A stretch of 64,000 nucleotides of DNA from Bacteroidales bacterium (GTDB lineage Bacteria > Bacteroidota > Bacteroidia > Bacteroidales > UBA1556): NCBI GenBank assembly GCA_029932765.1, contig JAOZPM010000001.1, positions 34,089 to 98,088 on the forward strand, written 5' to 3'. Below the pieces are notes generated by a model. The model did no database searches. It saw only the letters and a program-made list of their open reading frames with translations, and was not told the DNA's origin. Position numbers and translations under genes: made by a program. Positions 1-9,688 of the stretch are shown here, in pieces; position 1 is the first letter of the stretch, and the number at the start of each line of letters is the position of its first letter.

Positions 1-555
1 TTTTCTTCAGAACTTAGCGAAATAAATAAATATCAAGCTCAAAAGACTGGGCAAATGATTGACCCATCAGATACTACAGAAGTTACTAAAGAATTTAGCA
101 AAACGGCTGAATTTGTTGGGGCTATATTAAGTATTGATTTCAAAGTTATAATTGGTTCTTTCATTTTTTACTTCCTATTTGGATACTTGCTTTATGGCGC
201 TTTATTTGCAGCTGTGGGTTCAGCAGTTGATAACGAAACTGACACTCAACAATTTATAATGCCCATAACTATTCCATTGATTATTAGCATTGTAACAATA
301 CAAACCATTGCTAATAACCCTGATGGTCCCCTAGCCTTTTGGTTTTCGATGATACCGCTTACATCTCCAATATCTATGATGGTTCGAATTCCTTATGGTG
401 TGCCTTATTGGGAGTTAGGCTTGTCAATGCTGATTTTGATTCTTACTTTTATTCTATTTACTTGGTTTGCAGGCAAAATATATAGAGTTGGAATATTGAT
501 GTACGGCAAGAAACCTTCTTATAAAGAAATTTGGAAGTGGATAAAATATAGTTAG
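1..555 (+). CDS. ABC-2 type transporter permease, C-terminal portion (5' end outside window)
   Basis: Frame 1 is open from nt 1 (FSSELSEINKYQAQKTGQ precedes the listed Met at 55). The sequence is multi-TM and hydrophobic, ending in a GKIYRVGILMYGKKPSYKEIWKWIKY tail typical of NatB/YhaP-like ABC-2 permeases (by eye). Confidence 0.55.
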   Translation, partial: FSSELSEINKYQAQKTGQMIDPSDTTEVTKEFSKTAEFVGAILSIDFKVIIGSFIFYFLFGYLLYGALFAAVGSAVDNETDTQQFIMPITIPLIISIVTIQTIANNPDGPLAFWFSMIPLTSPISMMVRIPYGVPYWELGLSMLILILTFILFTWFAGKIYRVGILMYGKKPSYKEIWKWIKYS

Positions 556-597
556 AATTAAGGATAGAGGATTAAGAACTAGGATAAGAATAATTAT
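552..597 (+). repeat. Short 7-bp-periodic purine-rich repeat abutting the stop codon (TTAGAAT TAAGGAT AGAGGAT TAAGAAC TAGGATA AGAATAA)
   Basis: Read directly from the sequence. It starts at the TAG stop (553-555) and has the same TTAAGA core and 7-nt period as the arrays at 46321-46452, 41486-41510 and 46460-46493. Confidence 0.4.
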
Positions 598-685
598 TTT
601 ACTCTAACACCCGTTCTTCATCCTTTATATTCCAACTAAATAATTTGTATTTTTACATATTATTAAAAACAAAGGTAAGAGTTTA

Positions 686-1795
686 TTGAAAACAATAACA
701 ATATCAGTTAGTAATGATCTTTTTAGCGACCAGAGGGTTAAGAAGATGTGTAATAGTATACAAAGCCTAGGTTTTGAGATTACTCTATTGGGTAGATTAT
801 TACCCAGTAGCAAGGCTTTATCTGATAGAACTTATAAAACTAAACGTTTTAAACTCCCATTTAATAATGGAGCATTATTTTATGCTTCACTTAATATAAG
901 GCTCTTCTTCTACTTATTATTCAATAAAACTGATGTGCTTCTGGCTAATGACCTTGATACTTTATTAGCTAATTACCTGATTTCTAAAATCAAAGGAATT
1001 CCTCTTGTTTACGATACTCATGAGTATTTTACGGAAGTTCCTGAATTGCAAGGCCGCTATGCTAAAAAAATATGGGAAAAGATTGAAAGAAAGATATTTC
1101 CAAACCTAAAGGATGTAATTACAGTAAACCAATCAATTGCAGATATTTATTCAAAAAAATATGGAATACATATTAATGTTATAAAAAACCTACCTAATAA
1201 GCTTGTATCCTTTACTCCACTTTCGAAGAAAGAACTAGGAATTGAGCATATTAAAAAATATATAATACTACAAGGAGCTGGAATTAATATTGATAGAGGT
1301 GCTGAGGAATTAATTGAAGCAATGATTGAGGTAAACAAAGCTAAACTATTGATAGTAGGTAGTGGAGATGTTATTAGTATCCTTAAAAATAGAGTTAATA
1401 ACTCTGATCTAAAAGATAAAATTGTATTTATTGATAAGCAAAGTCCTGAAAGACTAAAGTCGTATACTTATTATGCCGAATTGGGTTTAAGCTTGGATAA
1501 AGACAGCAATATGAATTACCGATATAGTTTACCAAATAAAATATTTGATTATATAAATATGGGAGTGCCAGTTCTTGTATCAGACTTGGTAGAAGTTAGT
1601 AAAGTTGTAAGAGAATATGGCGTTGGTAATATTCTAAACACATACTCTACAGCAGAAATAGCTAAACAAATTAATAAAATGCTTACCGATAATTCAAAAG
1701 AAAATTTGAAAGGAAATCTTTTGATGGCTAGTAAAGAATTAAATTGGGAGAATCAGGAAGTTATAATATCAGAAATTTATTCGAAATTCATATGA
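686..1795 (+). CDS. Glycosyltransferase, GT4 family-like
   Basis: 369-aa ORF with a TTG start. The N-terminus MKTITISVSNDLFSDQRVKK...LLGR and the C-terminal region (GVPVLVSD...) resemble GT-B fold GT4 enzymes. Its stop overlaps the next start (ATGA at 1792-1795). Confidence 0.65.
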   Translation: MKTITISVSNDLFSDQRVKKMCNSIQSLGFEITLLGRLLPSSKALSDRTYKTKRFKLPFNNGALFYASLNIRLFFYLLFNKTDVLLANDLDTLLANYLISKIKGIPLVYDTHEYFTEVPELQGRYAKKIWEKIERKIFPNLKDVITVNQSIADIYSKKYGIHINVIKNLPNKLVSFTPLSKKELGIEHIKKYIILQGAGINIDRGAEELIEAMIEVNKAKLLIVGSGDVISILKNRVNNSDLKDKIVFIDKQSPERLKSYTYYAELGLSLDKDSNMNYRYSLPNKIFDYINMGVPVLVSDLVEVSKVVREYGVGNILNTYSTAEIAKQINKMLTDNSKENLKGNLLMASKELNWENQEVIISEIYSKFI

Positions 1796-2931
1796 ACAAG
1801 CACTTACATATAATATCCTTTGATATACCTTATCCTGCTGATTACGGAGGAGTTATTGATGTGTTTTATAAACTAAAAGCATTTCATAAGGCTGGTATAT
1901 TAGTGCATTTGCATTGTTTTGAATATGGAAGAGAACATTCCGAAGAACTTAATAAGTTTTGCCAACAAATTAATTATTATAAGCGCAGTACGGGTTTAAA
2001 GTCTAATTTGAGCACTATTCCATATATTGTCAAAAGTCGTTTATCCAAAGAGCTAGAAAGCCGATTATTGCAAGACTCCTATCCTATTCTCTGCGAGGGA
2101 ATGCATACTTGTGGCATTATTGAATCTAATAAATTTACGAACAGAAAGATAATATATAGAGCTGCAAATATAGAACACGATTACTATATGGCTTTGTATA
2201 AAGCAGAAAACAGTATTATTAAAAGAGCTTATTACTTCATTGAAGCTAATAAACTTAAAAAATGGGAGCATAAATTATTAACTGTGGACATTATTCTTAC
2301 TATAAGTATTAATGATGAGAAGTATTATAAGAATCTATTTCCTAATAAAGACGTAATTAATACATTTCCTTTTTTCAATAATGATATTAATATAAAACCT
2401 AATTTTAAAACTAAGGATAAATATATTCTATTTCATGCCAAATTGAGTGTGCAAGAGAATATTGAGACGGCATTGTATATTATCAAGAGCATTGCATCAA
2501 AAATTGATTCCAAATTTATTATTGCAGGATTAGAGCCTGATGACTCTATAATAACTGCGGCTAATACTGCTGACAATGTTGAAATACAAGCCAATTTATC
2601 GGAGATCAAAATGCAGAGTTTACTTAATAATGCGCATATAAATATCCTAACTACTAAGCAAGCAACTGGTCTTAAACTCAAACTAGTAAATAGCTTATAT
2701 CAAAGTAAATTTATTATTGCAAATAACGAAATGCTAAGTGGTAGCGGATTGGATAAGCTTGTGGAAATAGCAAATACTAGTTCCGAAATAATAAGTAAAA
2801 GCAATGAATTATTGGAGAAATCCTTTACTGAAATCGATTATGAAAAAAGGATGAAAATGATTCCTAAAGAATACAATAACAAAAAGAGAATTGAAGAAGT
2901 TATTAAACTAATATATAATAAGCATGAGTAA
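1792..2931 (+). CDS. Glycosyltransferase-like protein (GT-B fold, family 1/4-like)
   Basis: The ORF track starts at 1744. I prefer the ATG at 1792 (MNKHLHIISFDIPYPADYGG...), which forms an ATGA overlap with the upstream stop. The N-terminal motif is common in Bacteroidota glycosyltransferases. Confidence 0.5.
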   Translation: MNKHLHIISFDIPYPADYGGVIDVFYKLKAFHKAGILVHLHCFEYGREHSEELNKFCQQINYYKRSTGLKSNLSTIPYIVKSRLSKELESRLLQDSYPILCEGMHTCGIIESNKFTNRKIIYRAANIEHDYYMALYKAENSIIKRAYYFIEANKLKKWEHKLLTVDIILTISINDEKYYKNLFPNKDVINTFPFFNNDINIKPNFKTKDKYILFHAKLSVQENIETALYIIKSIASKIDSKFIIAGLEPDDSIITAANTADNVEIQANLSEIKMQSLLNNAHINILTTKQATGLKLKLVNSLYQSKFIIANNEMLSGSGLDKLVEIANTSSEIISKSNELLEKSFTEIDYEKRMKMIPKEYNNKKRIEEVIKLIYNKHE

Positions 2932-3301
2932 CTTACAAATAGGATTAGAGAATATTTTAGAGTCTAAAGTTGAAATAAAAGACTGTGCTATAACCTATGG
3001 CTCAGGTAATTTAAATGTATATGCGACTCCTGCAATGATAAGCCAGATGGAAAAAGCTGCTTTTGAATTAGCTCAAGAATTTATGGAATTTGGCGATACT
3101 ACTGTTGGTGTAGCAGTTGATATTAAACATCTAAAAGCAAGTCCAGTTGGTGTACCTGTAAATACTGTTGCTCGCCTAATTGAGTTTAATGACAAAAAAC
3201 TTAGCTTTGAGGTTGAAGCTTACGATATTAATGGATTAATTGGCTCTGGAATACATAAGAGATATATTGTGAATGAGATTGAGTTTATGGGAAACTTATA
3301 A
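2924..3301 (+). CDS. Hotdog-fold thioesterase family protein
   Basis: 125-aa ORF overlapping the upstream gene by 8 nt. The YATPAMISQMEKAA...VGVAVDIKHLKASPVG pattern resembles FlK/YbgC-like small thioesterases (by eye). Confidence 0.5.
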   Translation: MSNLQIGLENILESKVEIKDCAITYGSGNLNVYATPAMISQMEKAAFELAQEFMEFGDTTVGVAVDIKHLKASPVGVPVNTVARLIEFNDKKLSFEVEAYDINGLIGSGIHKRYIVNEIEFMGNL

Positions 3302-3370
3302 CATATAGCAATAGTAATATTATCTAATATCTTCTAATATATTTTAGAAAAAAGCAATGTCAAAAATCAT

Positions 3371-3378
3371 TACTTTTG
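3371..3378 (+). promoter_or_regulatory. Bacteroidota -7 promoter box TACTTTTG (TAnnTTTG) upstream of gldF
   Basis: Exact match to the TAnnTTTG consensus, 53 nt upstream of the ATG at 3432. Confidence 0.4.
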
Positions 3379-3431
3379 CGCTCAATTTAGCATCTTTTAT
3401 ATGCATATAAATTACAAATAAATAAAAAACT

Positions 3432-4163
3432 ATGCTTGCATTATTTTGGAAAGAGATTTCAAGTTTTTTTTCGTCAATAATAGGCTATATCGTAATTATT
3501 ATTTTTCTTTTAATTACTAGTTTATTTCTGTGGGTTTTCCCTATTGATTCAAATATTCTAAATTACGGTTATGCACAACTTAATGGGTTATTTTTAATAG
3601 CTCCATATGTGTTCCTATTTCTAGTTCCTGCAATTAGTATGCGATCTTTTGCTGATGAAAACAAAAGTGGAACAATAGAGCTTTTATTAACCAAACCCAT
3701 TAGCGATTTGCAAATTGTTCTTGCTAAATTTGGAGCAGCATTTGTTCTTTTGCTAATTGCTATTCTTCCAACTTTGGTTTATTATTTCTCCATATATCAA
3801 CTTGGCTACCCTGCTGGCAACATTGATAGTGGCGGAGTATTAGGGAGTTATATTGGGCTTCTATTATTAGGCAGTGCTTTTATATCAATAGGTATATTTG
3901 CATCCTCTATTACTTCCAATCAGATAGTATCGTTTATAGTAGCTGTTGTACTCAGTGGCTTTTTATTTATTGGCTTTGAGTTTATTTACAATCTTGCTTT
4001 GTTTGGCGATGCTGGTTTACTTATTAAAACTCTTGGCATATACGATCATTACTCTAGCATTAGTCGTGGTGTACTCGATACTCGTGATCTAATTTATTTT
4101 TTTAGCTTAATAAGCTTGTTCTTATTTTTAACGCGCTTTTCACTTCAAAGCAGAAAATGGTAA
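3432..4163 (+). CDS. gldF: Gliding motility-associated ABC transporter permease GldF
   Basis: 243-aa polytopic protein. The N-terminus WKEISSFFSSIIGYIVIIIFLLITSLFLWVFP...MRSFADENKSGTIELLLTKP matches the GldF pattern, and gldG follows 4 nt downstream. Confidence 0.85.
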   Translation: MLALFWKEISSFFSSIIGYIVIIIFLLITSLFLWVFPIDSNILNYGYAQLNGLFLIAPYVFLFLVPAISMRSFADENKSGTIELLLTKPISDLQIVLAKFGAAFVLLLIAILPTLVYYFSIYQLGYPAGNIDSGGVLGSYIGLLLLGSAFISIGIFASSITSNQIVSFIVAVVLSGFLFIGFEFIYNLALFGDAGLLIKTLGIYDHYSSISRGVLDTRDLIYFFSLISLFLFLTRFSLQSRKW

Positions 4164-4167
4164 AACT

Positions 4168-5898
4168 ATGATAACAAGCAAGAACATAAAAATGCAAAAT
4201 ATGATTCAACTATTATCATTAATAGTTGCAATTATCGGAATAAACATTATTGCTCAATTCTATTTTGGGCGTTATGACTTAACTACTGAGAAAAGATACT
4301 CAGTATCAGAAACTACAAAAGGTATAATAGAGAATATAGATGATATTGTTTATGTAAAAGTATACCTTGATGGAGATTTACCTGCAAATTTTAAGAAATT
4401 AAAAAACAGTACTCGTGAGCTACTTGACGATCTTAGAGCTTATAATAGCAATATAATGTACGAGTTTATTAATCCATCGGAAGACGAGAATAAAGAGAAT
4501 AGACAAAAACTGTATAAAGAGTTGGTTGACAATGGACTAGCTTACTATAACATTCCAGTAGAAAACAAAGATGGCTTTGCTCAAAAAACTGTATTTCCTA
4601 GTGCTTTGATTACTTATAGGGATAAAAGCATAGCTTTAAACTTACTTACCAGCAACAGAAAGGTTCCTGTAGATTCTGAAATTGATAATTCAATTCAAAC
4701 TCTAGAATTAAAAATGGTTAATACTCTTGGCAAACTTACTAAGAGAAGAATTCCATCAGTAGTATTTACCGTTGACCATGGCGAGCTTAATAATTACGAA
4801 ACTGCTGATATAGCTTATGAGTTATCCAAAATGTATGAAGTTGGGCAAATAAAAATAGGGAAACAACTTACTTCGCTAATGCGTAGAGTTAAGATTGATT
4901 CTGTAACTTCCAAAATGATTCCAAATTTTGATTTATTAATTATTGCTAAGCCAACAATAGCCTTCGATATGAAAGATCTATTTCTTATAGATCAGTATAT
5001 AATGCATGGCGGCAAAGTAGTATGGGCTGTTGATGCTGTGGAAGCTAATATGGATAGTTTGCGTTATTCAACATCAACTATTGGTATGCCTATTGACTTA
5101 GGTCTTGCAGAAATGTTTTTCAAATATGGACTTAGGTTAAATTCTAATTTGATACTTAATAGAAATGCCCTCGCAATTGGTACTGCAGAAGGCGAACTAC
5201 GTACATGGGATTTCTTTCCTCATGCATTGCCTGTTAAAGGAAGTATAATTACTAATAATCTTTCTGCTGTTAAAACCCATTTTGTTAGCAGTATTGACAC
5301 TGTGGGCTCATTGAGTATTCAAAAGACGGTGTTGTTACAAACTGACCGCAACTCAAGATTGATGCCTGCTCCTGCCTTAATTGACCTAGTAGATATAATA
5401 TATAGAGAGCCAAATATTTCTTTATATCATAAACCTCAACAGCCAATTGCTGTTTTACTAGAAGGTGAATTTAGCTCTGTTTTTGAGAACAGAATGATTG
5501 ATCCAAGGATTATGGAGCAGAAGAAAATACTTGATATTGAATATAAGAGTGTAGCTACATCGCAATTAGTTATTTCTGATGGGGATATAATAAGAAATCA
5601 ATTAATGGCTAGCGCGCAAGGAAAATCACCTTATCCTCTTGGATATGATAGATATTCAAAGCGAATGTTTGATAATAAAAAATTCTTGCTTAACTCCATC
5701 AATTATATGCTTGGAGATAAAGCTTTGATAAAACTCAGGAATAAGCAATACAAAATACGATTATTAAATAAGGATAAAGTAGCCAACGAAAAACTTAAAT
5801 GGCAACTCACCAATACTATAGTTCCCATAGGACTAATCATTATTATGGGGATAATTATAGGTATAATTAAGCGTAGGAAGTATGCTAACCAAAAATAA
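4168..5898 (+). CDS. gldG: Gliding motility-associated ABC transporter substrate-binding-like component GldG
   Basis: 576 aa with an N-terminal TM, a RYDLTTEKRYSVSE motif and a C-terminal TM anchor. It sits in the conserved position after gldF. Confidence 0.85.
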   Translation: MITSKNIKMQNMIQLLSLIVAIIGINIIAQFYFGRYDLTTEKRYSVSETTKGIIENIDDIVYVKVYLDGDLPANFKKLKNSTRELLDDLRAYNSNIMYEFINPSEDENKENRQKLYKELVDNGLAYYNIPVENKDGFAQKTVFPSALITYRDKSIALNLLTSNRKVPVDSEIDNSIQTLELKMVNTLGKLTKRRIPSVVFTVDHGELNNYETADIAYELSKMYEVGQIKIGKQLTSLMRRVKIDSVTSKMIPNFDLLIIAKPTIAFDMKDLFLIDQYIMHGGKVVWAVDAVEANMDSLRYSTSTIGMPIDLGLAEMFFKYGLRLNSNLILNRNALAIGTAEGELRTWDFFPHALPVKGSIITNNLSAVKTHFVSSIDTVGSLSIQKTVLLQTDRNSRLMPAPALIDLVDIIYREPNISLYHKPQQPIAVLLEGEFSSVFENRMIDPRIMEQKKILDIEYKSVATSQLVISDGDIIRNQLMASAQGKSPYPLGYDRYSKRMFDNKKFLLNSINYMLGDKALIKLRNKQYKIRLLNKDKVANEKLKWQLTNTIVPIGLIIIMGIIIGIIKRRKYANQK

Positions 5899-5935
5899 GA
5901 ATCATTAAAATAGGATTTTTCTTAAAACAAAAAAA

Positions 5936-7012
5936 ATGAATAAAAAAACCATCTATATTTTTATATTTAGTCTTATTGCTATTACAATTGCAATTATAAG
6001 CATTAATAACAAAAAGAGCGGCACTATAAGTAATGAATTCATTCTTTACGACACATCCAATGTTGTGCAAATATTTATGGTAAACAAGCAAAACCAACAA
6101 GTTAGTCTTGATAGAAGAAATAATATCTGGTATGTTGACAACAACAATACTGCTATTGGCGAGAATGTGGAGATACTTCTTAAAACACTTATGTATATCG
6201 AAATAAAGAATCCTGTTTCGATTGCAGCTCGCAGTAGTTATATTAGCAAAATGGCTACAAACTCTACTAAAGTAGAAATTTATGAGAATTCACCTTTATT
6301 CACTCTGCTAGGAATAGATTTTTTTAAGAACAATCGTAAAACAAAGGTTTTTTATGTTGGACCTCCTACTCGTAATTATAAAGGCACAGTTATGAAAATG
6401 GAAGATTCTGACGAATTATACGTTACTTACTTACCAGGATTTAATGGATATCTATCAGAAAGATTCTCAGCAAACTACGGCGATTGGCTAAACCATAATG
6501 TGTTTGAACTTCCCATAAAATCAATCATTAATCTAAGTGTAGAATACCATAATCAGCCAGAACAATCGTATACAATTAATAGTATTGGAAACAGAAATTA
6601 TGATTTAACTGCCATAAGTAACAATCAAAAAGCATTGAAATATGATACTCTAAAAGTATTGGAAGAATTGGCAGCTTTTAGAAATATTAATTTCGAAACT
6701 CTGTTGGATGACATTCCCCAATATAGATTTGATTCGTTAAAAACAAGTATTCCATATATTACTATATCAGTTACTAATGTTGCACAGCAAACAAAAACAG
6801 TTAAACTATATAGAAGACCAAATTATACAAATAAGCCCGATTTTAATGGTGATATTATATCCTATGATGTAGATAGAATGTATGCTCTTATTGATGGGTT
6901 TGATTATATTGTTACTGCGCAATACTTTGTTTTTGATAATATCTCTCGTCCTTTGGATTACCTTCTTGGAAATAATATTTATAGCGAACGAAGCTTAGAA
7001 TTATTGCAGTAG
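5936..7012 (+). CDS. DUF4340-like protein (membrane-anchored, follows gldG)
   Basis: 358 aa with an N-terminal TM. Its position after gldFG is typical of DUF4340 genes in Bacteroidota. The assignment is by context and general resemblance only. Confidence 0.45.
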   Translation: MNKKTIYIFIFSLIAITIAIISINNKKSGTISNEFILYDTSNVVQIFMVNKQNQQVSLDRRNNIWYVDNNNTAIGENVEILLKTLMYIEIKNPVSIAARSSYISKMATNSTKVEIYENSPLFTLLGIDFFKNNRKTKVFYVGPPTRNYKGTVMKMEDSDELYVTYLPGFNGYLSERFSANYGDWLNHNVFELPIKSIINLSVEYHNQPEQSYTINSIGNRNYDLTAISNNQKALKYDTLKVLEELAAFRNINFETLLDDIPQYRFDSLKTSIPYITISVTNVAQQTKTVKLYRRPNYTNKPDFNGDIISYDVDRMYALIDGFDYIVTAQYFVFDNISRPLDYLLGNNIYSERSLELLQ

Positions 7013-7040
7013 TTATTCACTAAAAAAAATATAACTGAAT

Positions 7041-7072
7041 AAAAAAGAGCAAGTTAATACTTGCTCTTTTTT
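7041..7072. terminator. Bidirectional intrinsic terminator
   Basis: Perfect 10-bp stem (aagagcaagt / acttgctctt, 7045-7068) with a 4-nt loop, flanked by an A-run and a T-run. It lies between convergent genes. Confidence 0.65.
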
Positions 7073-7105
7073 GGATTAAAACTATTCTAATTATAAAAAC
7101 TATAA

Positions 7106-8929
7106 TTAACTATCAGCCTTCAATTCCTCTCTAAGTCCCAAATTACCTGTCTCTTCAGAGTAACCATATAGGAAATCCAGTTTCTTAGTATAAATATTCT
7201 TAATATGCTTACGCTTAAGTTTTAGTGTTGGTGATAATTCACCTGTTTCAGGAGCCCACTCACGACATGTTAGCGCCCATTTTCTTATCTGACGTTCGTG
7301 ACCTAAGTTCTCATTAATCTTATCAACCTCTATTTGAAAGCGTTTAATTACTCTCTCATCATGTATTAATTCAACATTGTCGCGAAAGTGAAGTTTTTTA
7401 TTGGCAGCCCAACTATGAAGGAATTCAAAGTTAGGGCTTATTATTGCCGCTGTAAACTTTTCTCCTTCTCCAACTACTAATATCTGCTCAATAAATTGAG
7501 ATTCCTTTGCTCTGTTCTCTAATATTTGAGGTGCTACATACTTTCCTGTGGAAAGCTTAAAAATTTCTTTCTTACGGTCAGTGATTTTAAGGAAGTTATC
7601 AGAATCAACCTCACCAATATCACCAGTATGTAACCATCCTTCAGCATCAATAACTTCTTTAGTTTTTTCCTCATCCTTATAATAGCCCATCATCTGACTA
7701 GCACCTTTCATGCATATTTCACCATCTTCAGCAATCTTAACTTCAACATTTGCAAGTATTGGGCCTACTGTGCCAAATCGGACACCATTCTGAAGTTCAT
7801 GATTTACAGAAATAACGGGCGATGTTTCTGTCATACCATAACCTTCCATCACTGGAATCCCTGCTGCATTAAAAGAACGAGCCAATCGCTCTTGTAAGGC
7901 TGCTCCACCACTAATAATAATCTTAATATTTCCACCTAATGCTTCTCGCCATTTACTATAAATAAGCTTGTCAACTATTTTATGCTGAAATTTGTACCAT
8001 GCAGAAGTATTCTCTGGCAAATCATACTTAACACCTAATTCTATTGCCCAATAGAATAATTTTTTCTTAATTCCTGTTAGATCATTACCTTTGGCTAAGA
8101 TTTTATCATAAGTTTTCTCCAAAACACGTGGCACGCTTGTAAAACCATCAGGCTTAATATCACGCATATCTTCACCAGCTGTTTCAATACTCTCAGCATA
8201 ATAAACACTACATCCATTATAAAGAACTAAGTAGTTTACCATACGCTCAAGAATATGACATAAAGGTAAGAAACTTAAGTATCTATCACCTGGTTTTACT
8301 GGCATAAAATCATTGGTTGCTTCCACATTTGCCATTACATTTTTATGGCTTAGCATCACTCCTTTTGAACGACCTGTTGTGCCAGAAGTATAAATAATAG
8401 ACATTAAATCATCAGGCTCTACACTAGATCTAATCTCCTGCAGTTTATCCCACAATTCTGCCTTCTTCTTTTTTCCTAAGTCTACAATATCTTCCCAATT
8501 GTTGATTCCATCAAGTTTATCAATAGAGTATATATCGTTTATTTTAGAATTCTCTTTCACCGATTCTAAAACCCTTTGATAATGTTCGTCAGCACCAGCA
8601 ATAACCATCTTAGCATCAGAATGATCAAGAATATAATCATACTCTAGTTTACCCATATTAGGATAAACAGGAACATGTACTACTCCTATCTGACTCATTC
8701 CCATATCTATAAAATTCCACTCAGGTCGGTTATTAGATATTGTTAATATTTTATCGTTTTTAGCATATCCTAAAGCCAATAAACCTAAACTAAAATTATC
8801 TCTATAATTAATAAATTCTTCAGCACTAAAGTCTTCCCAACCGCCATTACGCTTTATTGATAGTACAACCTTATTAGGATTTGTCTCTTTATTTTTTTCT
8901 ATTATTTCAAATGTTCTTAATATTGGCAT
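7106..8929 (-). CDS. Long-chain fatty acid-CoA ligase (AMP-forming)
   Basis: 607 aa. Contains the AMP-binding signature IIYTSGTTGRSKGVMLSH, plus GYGMTE and TGDIG...ITDRKKE motifs. Confidence 0.85.
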   Translation of the reverse strand: MPILRTFEIIEKNKETNPNKVVLSIKRNGGWEDFSAEEFINYRDNFSLGLLALGYAKNDKILTISNNRPEWNFIDMGMSQIGVVHVPVYPNMGKLEYDYILDHSDAKMVIAGADEHYQRVLESVKENSKINDIYSIDKLDGINNWEDIVDLGKKKKAELWDKLQEIRSSVEPDDLMSIIYTSGTTGRSKGVMLSHKNVMANVEATNDFMPVKPGDRYLSFLPLCHILERMVNYLVLYNGCSVYYAESIETAGEDMRDIKPDGFTSVPRVLEKTYDKILAKGNDLTGIKKKLFYWAIELGVKYDLPENTSAWYKFQHKIVDKLIYSKWREALGGNIKIIISGGAALQERLARSFNAAGIPVMEGYGMTETSPVISVNHELQNGVRFGTVGPILANVEVKIAEDGEICMKGASQMMGYYKDEEKTKEVIDAEGWLHTGDIGEVDSDNFLKITDRKKEIFKLSTGKYVAPQILENRAKESQFIEQILVVGEGEKFTAAIISPNFEFLHSWAANKKLHFRDNVELIHDERVIKRFQIEVDKINENLGHERQIRKWALTCREWAPETGELSPTLKLKRKHIKNIYTKKLDFLYGYSEETGNLGLREELKADS

Positions 8930-8973
8930 GATAATAGTTTTTATGTGGTTTATATTATGGGCTTTTTCAATAT

Positions 8974-9444
8974 TTACTTCTTTGTTTTAAATGTCCATGT
9001 AAAATTAAAAACGGAGACGACATCACCATCTTTATCTATTCCTTCAGATTTTACATTAATTGTGACTCCTTCTCCTGTTTCTATGGTTTCTTTTACTGCA
9101 TTGTTTATATCTTCAACCTGCTGACAAGTAAAAACAATCTTCGATCTTGCTTTTTTAACAAAGCTTGCATTCATATCAAAAACTAGCATCGAAACTTTTT
9201 CTCTACTTTTCATAATTGCATCCATTGCAACCACTCCAGTAGATAATTCAGCAGCCATTGCTTGTACTGCAAAATACACTGATTGAAAAGGATTCTTTGT
9301 AATAGTATTATACGGAACACTTACATCGCATTGTTGATCAGTAAATTTTATAACTCGCATGCCCGCAAGAAATCCCATTGGCATTTTCTGGAGAAAAAAT
9401 AACTTAATCTTAAACTTATTTAATAATGCTTTTCTAATATCCAT
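8974..9444 (-). CDS. DUF4442-like hotdog-fold (thioesterase-like) protein
   Basis: The ORF track starts at a TTG (9486). I prefer the ATG at 9444 (MDIRKALLNKF...). The KNPFQSVYFAVQAMAAELSTG motif resembles DUF4442/PaaI-like proteins, and the gene lies within the fatty-acid cluster. Confidence 0.5.
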   Translation of the reverse strand: MDIRKALLNKFKIKLFFLQKMPMGFLAGMRVIKFTDQQCDVSVPYNTITKNPFQSVYFAVQAMAAELSTGVVAMDAIMKSREKVSMLVFDMNASFVKKARSKIVFTCQQVEDINNAVKETIETGEGVTINVKSEGIDKDGDVVSVFNFTWTFKTKK

Positions 9445-9486
9445 ATAGTTAATTAATTTCTTTATTATTAATTTAGTCAAACTCAA

Positions 9487-9516
9487 GAAGTATAAGGGTT
9501 AGCACCCTTATACTTC
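9487..9516 (-). other. Perfect 13-bp stem / 4-nt loop hairpin between the acyl-CoA dehydrogenase and DUF4442 genes
   Basis: gaagtataagggt-tagc-acccttatacttc, read directly. On the minus strand it is followed by ttgagtttg, which is only moderately U-rich. Confidence 0.45.
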
Positions 9517-9688
9517 AAATTTGAACAAACACCGAATGAATAATCATTCGAAAAAGCCAACATAACTCATAACACTCTGATTAACAACAGATAAAATATG
9601 TGGCAAAGCAGTATAGAACTGCATTTAATTTAATACGCTAAATAACGTATTATAACATGGGAGTTGTTTTCTATTAAAAACACTAGAA

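Noticed and set aside
1-555. The partial ABC-2 permease as the missing partner (GldA system) of gldFG
   Set aside because: It is a permease, not the GldA ATPase. Three unrelated genes separate it from gldF, and no ATPase gene is visible in the window.
1744-1791. Upstream extension of the second glycosyltransferase ORF (start at 1744)
   Set aside because: The extension overlaps the previous gene by 52 nt. The ATG at 1792 gives the conserved N-terminus and an ATGA coupling overlap with the upstream stop.
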